From assembly GCA_039028615.1 (NCBI GenBank), contig JBCCHT010000008.1, positions 64,001-128,000 of the forward strand: 64,000 bases of DNA, given 5' to 3'. The notes below the pieces were generated by a model, which did not search any database, had not been told where the DNA came from, and saw only the letters and a program-made list of their open reading frames with translations. The first letter of the stretch is position 1. Each line of letters starts with the position of its first letter. This document shows, in pieces, positions 28,012 to 37,320 of this stretch. This DNA is from Myxococcota bacterium. Its GTDB lineage: Bacteria > Myxococcota_A > Polyangia > Nannocystales > Nannocystaceae. The translations under genes and the position numbers were made by a program.

Positions 28012-29325
28012 TCAGAGCCACGGCGTTCTAGAAATGTAGATGGCGAAGCGGTCCTCGATGATGACGATCAAGTCGTCGATGTCATCGGCGTTGACGTCAC
28101 CGACGACGACGGGAGCATGGGGGAGAGGCACGAGGCTCTCCGCGCCGAGCTGTGGAAACAACGCTCCATGATAGAGATCGAACGACCCGTCCGGGTGATG
28201 GGTGGCATATTGCCCGTGCGTGATGCCGTCGAAAGGGGCAGCAGAGAAGCGACCTGCGAAGGTCAGGCCGCCAACGCCGGGGGACTGCTCGACGGTGAGC
28301 ATCTCCGGTTCGCCGAAACCACCGGATTGCCATTTCACGATCGAGAGCGTTTGTACGTCGTGGACGATTAGGATCTCGGTTGCTGCGTCCCCGTCGAAGT
28401 CACCGGATACCGCCCGGCGCATCGACGGTGGCTGGGGCGAGCGAACGAGGCTGATGTCGCCATCGATCGCTGAGCCGCCGAGCACACTGATGATTTCGGG
28501 TGGATCATGGTTCGGATAGGCCTCGCAATAGCCATGCCATGCGACAGCCAAATCCCCGTGACCGTCACCGTTGTAGTCACCCGCCATGAAGTCCCACGCA
28601 GGGCACTGCAGATCGGTCGGCTCAGAGGCGATGAGCGAGAACTGGCCATTGACGATCGACCACACGTTGATCGTCAGGAGCTGATCGACCCTCTCTCCGC
28701 TGATGAGCTCAGCAATGCCGTCTCCGTCGAGGTCGAGTGACCCGGTGCGTAGCGCACTCACCTCGTGAGTGGCTCCAAAATCACGGAACGCCACCGTGTC
28801 GAGCGTCGTGCTGTCGAGCACCGCCACTTGTAACTTGCCGCTCCCTTGGTCGACGGTGAGCACAATCTCCTCGAGGCCGTCGCCGTCGAAATCCGCGTGG
28901 TGGATCGGCAAATCGCCGGCAAGGTTCCAATCCAAAGTGAACGGGGAGTCCACCTCGGCCAAAATGTCCGCTGGCGGCAGCGGCGTCACCAGCCGCAGGC
29001 CGAAGTCATCTCTGCCTGAGACGAGCAGAGGCCGGAACCCATCGCGGACCTGTTCAACGACGCCAACGGGATAACCGATGGGCTCCCAGTATTGGCGCAA
29101 CTCGTGGCAGAACGGATCGGGAAGGTCCGAGTGCGGGCATTCGAAATCCACGGACGTCGTGCCGTCGGAGCCACTGAGCTCCACGGACGCTCCGCTGCCG
29201 GCGCTACCACCAGCCGAACCGCCGCCGCCCGTCGACACGACGCTCGGGCTGCACCCCATCGCCAGCAACAACGTCCCCGACGTTGCAGCGCGACAGGCGA
29301 TCCGATTCAGCGACATGAAATTCAT
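28012..29325 (-). CDS. FG-GAP/VCBS-repeat lipoprotein
   Basis: LAMGC lipobox; ADFDGDGLEEI, DLDGDGIAEL, GDYNGDGHGDL, GDFDGDAATEI, GDVNADDIDDL. Confidence 0.85.
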   Translation of the reverse strand: MNFMSLNRIACRAATSGTLLLAMGCSPSVVSTGGGGSAGGSAGSGASVELSGSDGTTSVDFECPHSDLPDPFCHELRQYWEPIGYPVGVVEQVRDGFRPLLVSGRDDFGLRLVTPLPPADILAEVDSPFTLDWNLAGDLPIHHADFDGDGLEEIVLTVDQGSGKLQVAVLDSTTLDTVAFRDFGATHEVSALRTGSLDLDGDGIAELISGERVDQLLTINVWSIVNGQFSLIASEPTDLQCPAWDFMAGDYNGDGHGDLAVAWHGYCEAYPNHDPPEIISVLGGSAIDGDISLVRSPQPPSMRRAVSGDFDGDAATEILIVHDVQTLSIVKWQSGGFGEPEMLTVEQSPGVGGLTFAGRFSAAPFDGITHGQYATHHPDGSFDLYHGALFPQLGAESLVPLPHAPVVVGDVNADDIDDLIVIIEDRFAIYISRTPWL

Positions 29326-29482
29326 GCTGCTGTTCAGTCGGCCACGCTGCAAGGATCGTTGCGGACCGACTTCACGAACTTCCGCAGTCCGCATCGACCC
29401 ACCCGTGGGAAGGTGATTCCCACGAAAGGGCCTTGTCGGCTTCGCCACGACGAACATGTTGGGCGGTCGAGGAGGCTTTTTC

Positions 29483-30028
29483 ATGGATGGACCCAGCCAT
29501 ATCCCCCCGCGGCTCGACCTTCCCCGCGAGCAGTGGGCCGACCACCCTCACTATCCGTCGCAGGTGCTCTTGATGCGATCGCACGAGGGCTTCCGCGAGA
29601 TCAGTCGCCAGCTGCTCGAGCGCGCCCGCGAAGGCATCGCGCCTCGTTCCATCGCGTGGATCTATCCGCAGTGGATCGCGGGCATGCGCAGCCACGAGGG
29701 CTATGAGGAGTACAAGCTCTATCCCTTCTTGCGACGGCGATGGGGCGTATCGATGGAGTCGCTCAAAGAAGGGCACCAGCAGCTGCATCGCTGCGACGAC
29801 GCGGTGCGAGCCGCTCTGCTCGAGCACCGCAACGCGGACGGCGACGCGTCGAACGATGCCCTCGTGCGCGCGCTCGAAGAACACGACCGCGTGTTGGTCG
29901 AACACCTTCGGCACGAAGAGGACACCGTCATTCCTCTGCTGCTCGAGCTGTCGCCGGACGAGTTCGACGAGTATTGCCATCACTCGATCGCCGAGCTGCT
30001 ACGACGCCTGGAATCGAGATCTGCGTAG
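29483..30028 (+). CDS. hemerythrin/HHE-domain protein
   Basis: Spaced His/Glu: SHEGF, HEGYEEYKLYP, HQQL, HLRHEED. Confidence 0.75.
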   Translation: MDGPSHIPPRLDLPREQWADHPHYPSQVLLMRSHEGFREISRQLLERAREGIAPRSIAWIYPQWIAGMRSHEGYEEYKLYPFLRRRWGVSMESLKEGHQQLHRCDDAVRAALLEHRNADGDASNDALVRALEEHDRVLVEHLRHEEDTVIPLLLELSPDEFDEYCHHSIAELLRRLESRSA

Positions 30029-30239
30029 GGTGTCAATGGGCCGGCCAGTTTCGGATCCATCGACCCAAAACCAGGCCCGGTCATGAGCAAGTGTTTGCCG
30101 GGCTCGATATCGAGCCCGGCGGCGAATACCGGCCCAAATCGTTGTTCCAGCGCATCGGGATTATGGGGGCGTACGCTTCGTTCATGCCCCGTTGGATTGT
30201 GGCGGGGACACTTGACGGAGCCTAGGCCCCCTCGGCAGC

Positions 30240-31814
30240 GTGGCCTTGATGGGCTCGCCACGCGACGCCTACGAGCTTGGTGGCGTCGCCGGCGAAGGCC
30301 GCACGACGCTCGTTCGCCTCGGTGTTCGCCGGGGTGACAGCCAACCCGTAGCGCTCAAGCAGCTGCGCACCGACCACGTCGAGCGCCCCGGTCGGCGCGT
30401 GCGCTTCATCGAGCAGGCCCAGCGAGCGAGCCTGCTCGACCACGAGACCGTGGAGCGGATCTTCGACGTGCTCGATGATCGCGAGCGCCCCCTGGTGGTC
30501 GCGGAGTGGATCGACGGCCGAGCGTTGAACCGACTCATCGATCGGCGGCGAACCAGCGGCGAGTCATGGTCGCCCGAAGCCGTCACGCACATCGCGACCT
30601 GCCTGCTCGAAGCCCTGCGCCACGCCCACCAGCAGCTGTCGCACTTCGATGTGCCGGGCGTGATGCTCCACGGCGGCATCGCGCCGCGCAACGTGCTGGT
30701 CGACATCGAGGGCAACATCAAGCTCGTCGGGTTCGGCATGGCCTCGGTGTGGCAAGAGGCGCCCGAGCCCTGGCAAGACCTCGAGACCCTGCGCTACCTG
30801 TCCGCCGACCATGCGCGACGCGGGGCCTCGCCTGCCTCCGACCTCTATGCCGTGGGCGCGATCGTGCACGAGCTATTGTCAGGGAAACGCTTCCGTGACG
30901 AGTGCAAGACCGAGGAGCAGATGCGGGAGGCGATCGATCGCCTCGAGCCCCCGCCGCGGCCCCGCAAGGACGTCCCCTCCGCCCTCGAGCGGCTGCGTCG
31001 GCGCCTGCTCGAGCCCGCCCCCAACCCCCGCATGACGCTCGAGCACATGCTCGACATCTGTGCCGCGGTGCCCGTGGATGGGGCCCGCACGGAGCTGCGC
31101 GACCTCGTCCGCGAAGCGCTGCGCATGGACAGCACCCAGACCGGCCCTACCCCGGTGGTCGAAGAAGATGCCGCCGTCGCCCGCTCGCACAAGCAGTCGG
31201 TTTCGAACCCGCTGAAGCAGGCGCTCGAGCAGGTGCCGATCGGCAAGGAGCCGCGTCGGCGGGGTCGCGACACGCAGTCGGTGCCCGTGCCCGTCGACCA
31301 CGAGCAGACGGCGCCACGGCGCCCGCTGTTCCTCCAGCAGACCGCACCGCCGCAGAGCGACGAGACCCGCGACGCCGAGCAACGCCGCAGCGGCCGCGAC
31401 GAACCCAACCTCGACGTGGGGATCGAAGATCGGATCGAGGAGCCCAACCCCCAGTCCATCGCCGAGGTGGACACCGCACCGCTGTCGGTCGAAGAGGGTG
31501 CGCCCCAGATCCCCATGGATGATCTGGAGCCGCTGCCGATCACCGAGCCCAAGGAGACCGATGAGATCCCGCGGGCGCCCGAGCACATGCAGGAGCGGCT
31601 ACGCCCGAAACCTCCGCAGGTCGTGTCGGCCTCAGGCGAGATGGGCGAGCCCAGCGAAGTGGCTCGCTCGTGGCTGCAGGTCCGCGGCCCGCTGGGCTGG
31701 GCCTTGGTGGGTGCGCTGGGCGTGGGGATCGGTCTGCCGCTCGCCGTTCGGTGCTCGGCCGGAGAAGCGAGCGTCCCCGACCGCTCGGCCCCGACCACCG
31801 AGCCGGAGCGCTAG
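30240..31814 (+). CDS. Ser/Thr protein kinase-like protein, probable pseudokinase, with C-terminal TM
   Basis: VALKQL, LHGGIAPRNVLV, KLVGFG, SDLYAVGAI; catalytic HRD and DFG altered. Confidence 0.85.
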   Translation: MALMGSPRDAYELGGVAGEGRTTLVRLGVRRGDSQPVALKQLRTDHVERPGRRVRFIEQAQRASLLDHETVERIFDVLDDRERPLVVAEWIDGRALNRLIDRRRTSGESWSPEAVTHIATCLLEALRHAHQQLSHFDVPGVMLHGGIAPRNVLVDIEGNIKLVGFGMASVWQEAPEPWQDLETLRYLSADHARRGASPASDLYAVGAIVHELLSGKRFRDECKTEEQMREAIDRLEPPPRPRKDVPSALERLRRRLLEPAPNPRMTLEHMLDICAAVPVDGARTELRDLVREALRMDSTQTGPTPVVEEDAAVARSHKQSVSNPLKQALEQVPIGKEPRRRGRDTQSVPVPVDHEQTAPRRPLFLQQTAPPQSDETRDAEQRRSGRDEPNLDVGIEDRIEEPNPQSIAEVDTAPLSVEEGAPQIPMDDLEPLPITEPKETDEIPRAPEHMQERLRPKPPQVVSASGEMGEPSEVARSWLQVRGPLGWALVGALGVGIGLPLAVRCSAGEASVPDRSAPTTEPER

Positions 31815-33136
31815 CGCTTCACGTCATCGTCGAGCCACGAGGGCATCTGCTCCATCGCGAGCAGCTCCTCGACGGTCTGGCGCTTGCGGATGGTGTCGAA
31901 CTGATCACCGCGCACCAGCGCCTCGGCGACCAGGGGCCGCGTGTTGTAGGTGCTGGCCATGGTCATCGCGTAGGCACCCGCGCTCAGCACCGCGAGCACC
32001 TCGCCCGTGCGACTGACCGGCAAGGTCCGCCCCAGCGCGATGAAGTCGCCCGACTCGCACACGGGACCGACCACGTCGACCTCCTCGGTGGGGTCGCCCG
32101 GCTGCGGCCACCGAAGCGGCGCGATGACGTGATAGGCCTGGTAGAGCGCAGGGCGAATCAGGTCGTTCATCGCCGCGTCGACCACCACGAAGCCCTTGGT
32201 CTCTCCCGTCTTGCGACCGAGCACCCGCGTGAGCAGCACGCCCGCGTTGCCCACCAGCCAGCGACCGGGCTCGAACACCAGCTCGAGGTCGAGCCCCTCG
32301 GTGGCCTCCTGCACCGCCTTGCCCCACGCCTCGAGATCGAGGGCGGGGTCGTCGGGGCGATAGCCGATGCCGAAGCCGCCGCCCAGGTCGAGCTGGGTGA
32401 GCGTGATGCCTTCGCTGGCCAGCGTGTCCACCAAGGCCCGCACCCGCGCGATGCTGTCGACGAAGGGGCGCACCTGGGTGATCTGCGAGCCGATGTGGCA
32501 GCCCACGCCCACCAACCGCAGCGAAGGATCGGCATGCGCTCGGCGAGCGACCGGCAGCGCGTTGGTCATGGAGATGCCGAACTTGGACTCCTGCAGGCCG
32601 GTCGCGAGATAAGGATGGGTCTTGGGATCGATGTCCGGGTTGACCCGCAACGACACCGCCGCGACCTTGCCCAGCGCGCGGGCTCGCGCCGCGACCTGCT
32701 CGAGCTCTTCCGCCGACTCGAGGTTGATGGAGCGGATCTGGGCTTCGATCGCGGCATCGATCTCGACGTCGGTCTTGCCGACCCCGGAGAACACGATGCG
32801 CGATGCCGGTACGCCAGCGGTGAGCGCTCGCTTCAGCTCGCCGCCCGAGACGATGTCGGCTCCGGCGCCCCGACGCGCCAAAAGACGCAGCACGGCGAGC
32901 GAGCTGTTGGCCTTGACCGCGTAACAGAAAGTGGTGGGACGTTGTCCTACCGCGGCCGTAAGTGCGTCGAAACGCGATTCAATGACCGACGCCGCATACG
33001 CGTAGGTGGGTGTACCCAGCTGCTCGGCAATCTTCGATAGGGCCACGCCCTCCATGCACAGCTCACCGTCGTGCAGGCGGAGGCCGAAGCGCCCGGGGTT
33101 CTCGGCGAGACCGATGTGATCTGGGCGTTGCGTCAC
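31811..33136 (-). CDS. lysA: diaminopimelate decarboxylase
   Basis: YAVKAN, FSGVGK, THPYLATG..SKFG, HIGSQ, EPGR, GPVCESGD, AGAY..YN. Confidence 0.97.
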   Translation of the reverse strand: MTQRPDHIGLAENPGRFGLRLHDGELCMEGVALSKIAEQLGTPTYAYAASVIESRFDALTAAVGQRPTTFCYAVKANSSLAVLRLLARRGAGADIVSGGELKRALTAGVPASRIVFSGVGKTDVEIDAAIEAQIRSINLESAEELEQVAARARALGKVAAVSLRVNPDIDPKTHPYLATGLQESKFGISMTNALPVARRAHADPSLRLVGVGCHIGSQITQVRPFVDSIARVRALVDTLASEGITLTQLDLGGGFGIGYRPDDPALDLEAWGKAVQEATEGLDLELVFEPGRWLVGNAGVLLTRVLGRKTGETKGFVVVDAAMNDLIRPALYQAYHVIAPLRWPQPGDPTEEVDVVGPVCESGDFIALGRTLPVSRTGEVLAVLSAGAYAMTMASTYNTRPLVAEALVRGDQFDTIRKRQTVEELLAMEQMPSWLDDDVKR

Positions 33137-33246
33137 CGACTCCGGCCTGCCACGACCGAAGGTCTTCCGTCAATCCAGGGAAGATTCGCGGTCGAGATTT
33201 GCTACGATCGCAAAGTCATCTCAGGTCACCGGCAAGGAGGTCGCCT

Positions 33247-33309
33247 ATGCAGCAAACCCATCAGAACACCCTGATTCGTACAACCCGCAGCCAAGGAGGA
33301 GCCTCCTAG
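33247..33309 (+). CDS. possible 20-aa small ORF (MQQTHQNTLIRTTRSQGGAS)
   Basis: Perfect AAGGAGG SD 6 nt before the ATG in an otherwise gene-free interval. Confidence 0.3.
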   Translation: MQQTHQNTLIRTTRSQGGAS

Positions 33310-33565
33310 CCGGTTCGCGGCGGGCATCTCGGCGTCCTTTAACCGGCGCACGGGGTGCAAATCCGGTCCCGACCGGATCGTCGCGAACCGACATGTTCGG
33401 TCGACAGGAGTCGTCCGAACACGACGCCGCCGGGCGGCGTCAGGTGAGATTGACAGAGAAGACACTCCAAAATCACTCGTCACCGTAGTGGTGACTCGTT
33501 CCAAAAAACCCTGACGAGCGCACAGTCGCTCGCAACACGGAACCGGAACGACCCGAGATGACCCG

Positions 33566-33591
33566 CGACGGGGCTCCACGGAGCCCCGTCG
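33566..33591 (-). terminator. stem-loop downstream of the ECF operon
   Basis: cgacggggctcc-ac-ggagccccgtcg perfect 12-bp inverted repeat; no clear U tract. Confidence 0.55.
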
Positions 33592-33612
33592 GCGTATCCG
33601 GCGGCGGATCGA

Positions 33613-34746
33613 TCACGACCGGGGGCGGGGAAGTGACCACGCGAAGCCGAACTCCAGACCCATGTTGAGCTCGAGGCCGCCCACCCGCGCGAGGACCGAA
33701 GGCGTCTGGTCCTCGAACACCACCAGCCGAGCCACGGCGCCGGCCTGAGCCAGAGCGCTCCCGGAGAGCTCGAAGCGCGGACCGATGCGCAGCGCGAGAT
33801 CGGGGCTCAACACGAATCGCCAGGAGGGCACCACCCGCAGGTGCGCGCCGAGCTGGAGCCCTCGGTTGCGGGTCTGCCCGTCGGGGTAGTCCACGAGCTG
33901 GAGCGCGCCGTTTTGCCGTACACCCCACGGCTCGAGGTCGAGGGCCACGACGGTGCGCACGGCGAGGCGACCCCGGCGCCATTCGTAGCCACCACCGATC
34001 GAGATCCGAGAGCGTCCCACCGTCAGTGGCTCGGGGCGATGCCAGTGGGTTCGGACGGCCACCGAGGCGATGGGTCCCCGAGGCCAACGCAGCTCCATGC
34101 CGGCCAGGCCTCCGCCGCCGACGAAACCCGCGGGATCGGGAGGCCCGAAGCCCACGCCCACCGTGCCCGCCGCGATCGCCTCGAGCTCGAAGGGCGGGCG
34201 TCCCGGTGGCTTCGGTGCCGGCTCGGGTTCGGGTTCGGGTTCTGACGCGGGTTCGGGCTCTGGCTCCGGCTCGGGTTCGGGCTCCGGTTCCTCTTCGGCG
34301 GGCAGCGGCACGTCGCGTTCATCGGGCGCGAGCTCGTCGTCCTCGATCGCCGCCAGCAGGTTGGCCACCGTGCTCGCGGCCAGGCGGGGGGCATCGTCGC
34401 GATCGCTGTCGAGGCTGCGGTAGTACGCCCGACCATCGGAGAGCACCACGGTGATCTCCAACGAAGCGTCGCGGTGCCGCACCGTCGCCACGGCGAACAG
34501 CTCGAAGCTCTGGGCGGGCACCGCCGGCCACGGCGGCACATGCAATGAACGCTGAGGGCTACGAAGCTGGAGCGCGTCGAGCACGGGCGCGGCCTCGAGC
34601 CCATCGGGGCGAAGCAGCACACCTTCGATCGGCCGAGCGTGGGTCGCCGCCGCGGGCTCGACCACCGCGGCCGCGGCCGAGGCCGAGGCGAGCAGGAGCC
34701 CGCCGGCCAAGAGCACGGGGCACGACGCTGTCGCCAACCCTGCCAT
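33613..34746 (-). CDS. exported protein with (EP)n linker and C-terminal beta-barrel-like region
   Basis: Signal peptide, EPEPEPEP, alternating amphipathic strands ending LEFGFAW. Confidence 0.75.
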   Translation of the reverse strand: MAGLATASCPVLLAGGLLLASASAAAAVVEPAAATHARPIEGVLLRPDGLEAAPVLDALQLRSPQRSLHVPPWPAVPAQSFELFAVATVRHRDASLEITVVLSDGRAYYRSLDSDRDDAPRLAASTVANLLAAIEDDELAPDERDVPLPAEEEPEPEPEPEPEPEPASEPEPEPEPAPKPPGRPPFELEAIAAGTVGVGFGPPDPAGFVGGGGLAGMELRWPRGPIASVAVRTHWHRPEPLTVGRSRISIGGGYEWRRGRLAVRTVVALDLEPWGVRQNGALQLVDYPDGQTRNRGLQLGAHLRVVPSWRFVLSPDLALRIGPRFELSGSALAQAGAVARLVVFEDQTPSVLARVGGLELNMGLEFGFAWSLPRPRS

Positions 34747-34785
34747 CGACCTCAGAATACGGCACGACCGAGCGAGGCCGCACGC

Positions 34786-35385
34786 TCAGGCCTGGACGCA
34801 GGCTTCCTTGCCCTCGATCCACATGCAGTCTGCGACCTCTTCGCACTGCGCGGGCTGGAGGACTTCACAGGGCACGCAGAACATCGAGCCGCACTCGCCC
34901 AGCTTCGGCTCGCCCACCCAGGCGCAGGTGGGCGTCTCGAGGCAGAACTCGAAGTCCAGCTCCAGACACTCGTTCATGGGATCGACGCAGGGGTTGAGCA
35001 CGCAGACGCCCAGCTCGGGATCGCCATCCCACAGGCACTGGCGCAGGCCACTACAGTCGCGAAAGCCCAGGCCCTCGCAGTCGGAGCCTTCCCCGGTGGT
35101 CGTGCCCTCTTCCCCGACGGGGTCGGTGGTGGTGCCCCCCGTCGTGCCCGTACCCGGCTCGCCCATGCCCGTGCTCGTCGCCGGTGCATCGGTGCCCGTG
35201 GACGAGCCGCGGCTGGACGCGCTCGTGTCTTCGGCGGGCGAGGCCGGGTCGGTCGTATCTTCGGGCGCTCCCGTGACCTCGGCCGCTCCCGTCGAGGCCT
35301 CGGGCGTGCCCCCGACGATCAAATCGACGCCGCAGCCGGCCCCGAACACCAACGCGATGCCACCGACGAGGCCGCGCGCCTTCAC
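34786..35385 (-). CDS. Cys-rich lipoprotein
   Basis: GAGC lipobox, Thr/Ser linker, three C..C..CxW repeats; GTGA overlap with upstream gene. Confidence 0.8.
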   Translation of the reverse strand: MKARGLVGGIALVFGAGCGVDLIVGGTPEASTGAAEVTGAPEDTTDPASPAEDTSASSRGSSTGTDAPATSTGMGEPGTGTTGGTTTDPVGEEGTTTGEGSDCEGLGFRDCSGLRQCLWDGDPELGVCVLNPCVDPMNECLELDFEFCLETPTCAWVGEPKLGECGSMFCVPCEVLQPAQCEEVADCMWIEGKEACVQA

Positions 35386-36449
35386 GGGGCCTGCCCCTCG
35401 TCATCGCGGTCGAGCGCAGCCTTGGCCCGCGCCCGATGAGTTCCGTCGGGCATGGTCTCGAGATAGCGCTGCCAGCACTGGCGCTGCGCGTCACCGCTGG
35501 CTCGACGGCACAGGCCCGCCCGCGCATCGTCGGCAAAGCGTCCGTGGGGGAAGCGCTCGAGGTACTCCCGCCACAGCGCGGTCTCGGTGCCTCGGGCCTT
35601 GCGTTGCCGCGCCAAGGTGAACAGGTCGCCGTAGGCCAGATCGCCCAGGCGCCCCTTGCCCGCCCGCTTGGTCAGGATTCGAAACAGCCGCTCCGCCTTC
35701 GAAAGGTCGCCGGCTCGCCACGCGGCGTGGGCCATCGCGTCGAGCTCTTCCAGGGTGCGGGTCGACGCCCGCGGCTCGGGCTGCGCCCTGGGCCGACGCG
35801 CCCGACGGCGGGCCGGCTCGGCCGGGGCATCGTCGAGGGGCGCGACCGCAGCCGCGGCCTCGGTCTCACCGACCGGCGCTGGCTCGACCTCGGGCTCGAC
35901 GACCGCGGCGGGAGCGGGGGTCTGCACCTCGGCTCCCGGCACCGCGGCGTCCACCGACGGCGAAGGCACACGGGTCGGCACCACGTGCGCGGCCTCGCTG
36001 CGCGACGGATCACCCGAGAGCAATCGTCCGCGACCCGACTCGATCACGCCCCAGCCGATCAACAACAGCACGGCCGCCGCCGCGAACACGGCCGCCCAGA
36101 TCCGGCGCGCCGCGGGCTCTCGATGCGGTGGCTCGAACGCCACGGGCGGCGGCGTTCCCAGGCTCTGGGCGACGTCTTGCTCGACCTCCGCCCGCACGCC
36201 TTCGATCACCGCGAGCAGCTCCACGTCTTCGCGAGTCTGTCGCCGACGGTGCGCGTGCTTGATCGACACCACGGGTGCCCAATGATTGACCTCGGCCACC
36301 GTCTCGGCCGAGATCCGACTGGGATCGAGCTCGTGCGCGCGAGCGATCACGGCCGCAAAGTCGCGATACCCGGGGTCGGCCCCCAGCTCGGCGTCCACCG
36401 TCTCGACCACGCCGTCGAGCAGCGCCCTCAGCTCGAGATCGGCCATCAT
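35382..36449 (-). CDS. putative anti-sigma factor (single TM, TPR-like C-terminus)
   Basis: TGATG-coupled to the ECF gene; TM IWAAVFAAAAVLLLIGW; WREYLERFPHG and WQRYLETMPDG. Confidence 0.75.
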   Translation of the reverse strand: MMADLELRALLDGVVETVDAELGADPGYRDFAAVIARAHELDPSRISAETVAEVNHWAPVVSIKHAHRRRQTREDVELLAVIEGVRAEVEQDVAQSLGTPPPVAFEPPHREPAARRIWAAVFAAAAVLLLIGWGVIESGRGRLLSGDPSRSEAAHVVPTRVPSPSVDAAVPGAEVQTPAPAAVVEPEVEPAPVGETEAAAAVAPLDDAPAEPARRRARRPRAQPEPRASTRTLEELDAMAHAAWRAGDLSKAERLFRILTKRAGKGRLGDLAYGDLFTLARQRKARGTETALWREYLERFPHGRFADDARAGLCRRASGDAQRQCWQRYLETMPDGTHRARAKAALDRDDEGQAP

Positions 36450-37093
36450 CACGACGACTCCTCCGAGCGCGGGCTGAGCCACCCGAGCGACTCGAGCTCC
36501 TTGCGAATGCGCTCACGCGCCCGACTGGCCCGTACCGAGAGGTTGCCCGAGGAGATACCGAGCTGCGCCGCGGCCTCGGCCGGCGAAAAGCCCTCGAGGT
36601 CGCGGAGCACGAACGCCTCGCGCAGGTGTGGAGGCAGCTGCCGCAAGATGACGTAGACCGCCTCGGCCCGTCGCTTGTGCATGTGCACCCGGTCGACCAC
36701 GTTGCTGTTGGTCGCCCGATGCACCGCGTTGATGTCTTGAAAGCGCTGGTGCGCGGTCTCGGTGCTGTGTTGGGCCCGCCAATAGTTGCGGACCACGTTG
36801 ACCGCCACCCCGTGCAGCCACGTGGAGATCGGCGCGCGGCCATCGAAACCGGGCAGCGCGACCAGAGCCCGGGCAAAAACTTCCTGCACCAGATCCTCGA
36901 TCGGGGCCGCCGATCCCGCGAGGTAGCGGACGTGGCGATAGATCGCCGCATAGTGGGCTTGATACAGCTCCGACCAGCCCTCCATCTGCCCCGCCTTGGC
37001 TCGCGCAACGCGCTCATCATCCTCCGAAACGCTGTTCGGGGCGTGTTCCGCGGACAGCGGAACGACGGACGGATCTGTGCTCTGGCGTGGCAC
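36449..37093 (-). CDS. ECF RNA polymerase sigma factor
   Basis: EDLVQEVF, STWLHGVAVN, LREAFVLRDLEG, RASRARERI. Confidence 0.93.
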   Translation of the reverse strand: MPRQSTDPSVVPLSAEHAPNSVSEDDERVARAKAGQMEGWSELYQAHYAAIYRHVRYLAGSAAPIEDLVQEVFARALVALPGFDGRAPISTWLHGVAVNVVRNYWRAQHSTETAHQRFQDINAVHRATNSNVVDRVHMHKRRAEAVYVILRQLPPHLREAFVLRDLEGFSPAEAAAQLGISSGNLSVRASRARERIRKELESLGWLSPRSEESS

Positions 37094-37320
37094 GGCGGCG
37101 TGGCCCTGGGCTCAATCGTTGAGTAACGCGACCAACCAAACGATTACAGCCGGGTCGCGCATCGAGACCCTCGCCCAGCTCACTGCGGCCCAAACCAATC
37201 CGCCCGAGGTCCATCGCCCCCGAATCTGCAACCGGGGTCGTGAATGGGCGTCGTTTCGATGAGCCGGGTGATCCGATCGCCGACCACCGGACTCTACTAC
37301 CCCCGAACCTCGGAGCACGG

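Noticed and set aside
33345..33380. GGGGTGCAAATCC..CCCGACCGG as a cobalamin or FMN riboswitch, or a lysine riboswitch for lysA
   Set aside because: Only a T-loop-like fragment matches; the other conserved elements are absent and the plus-strand orientation has no downstream gene.
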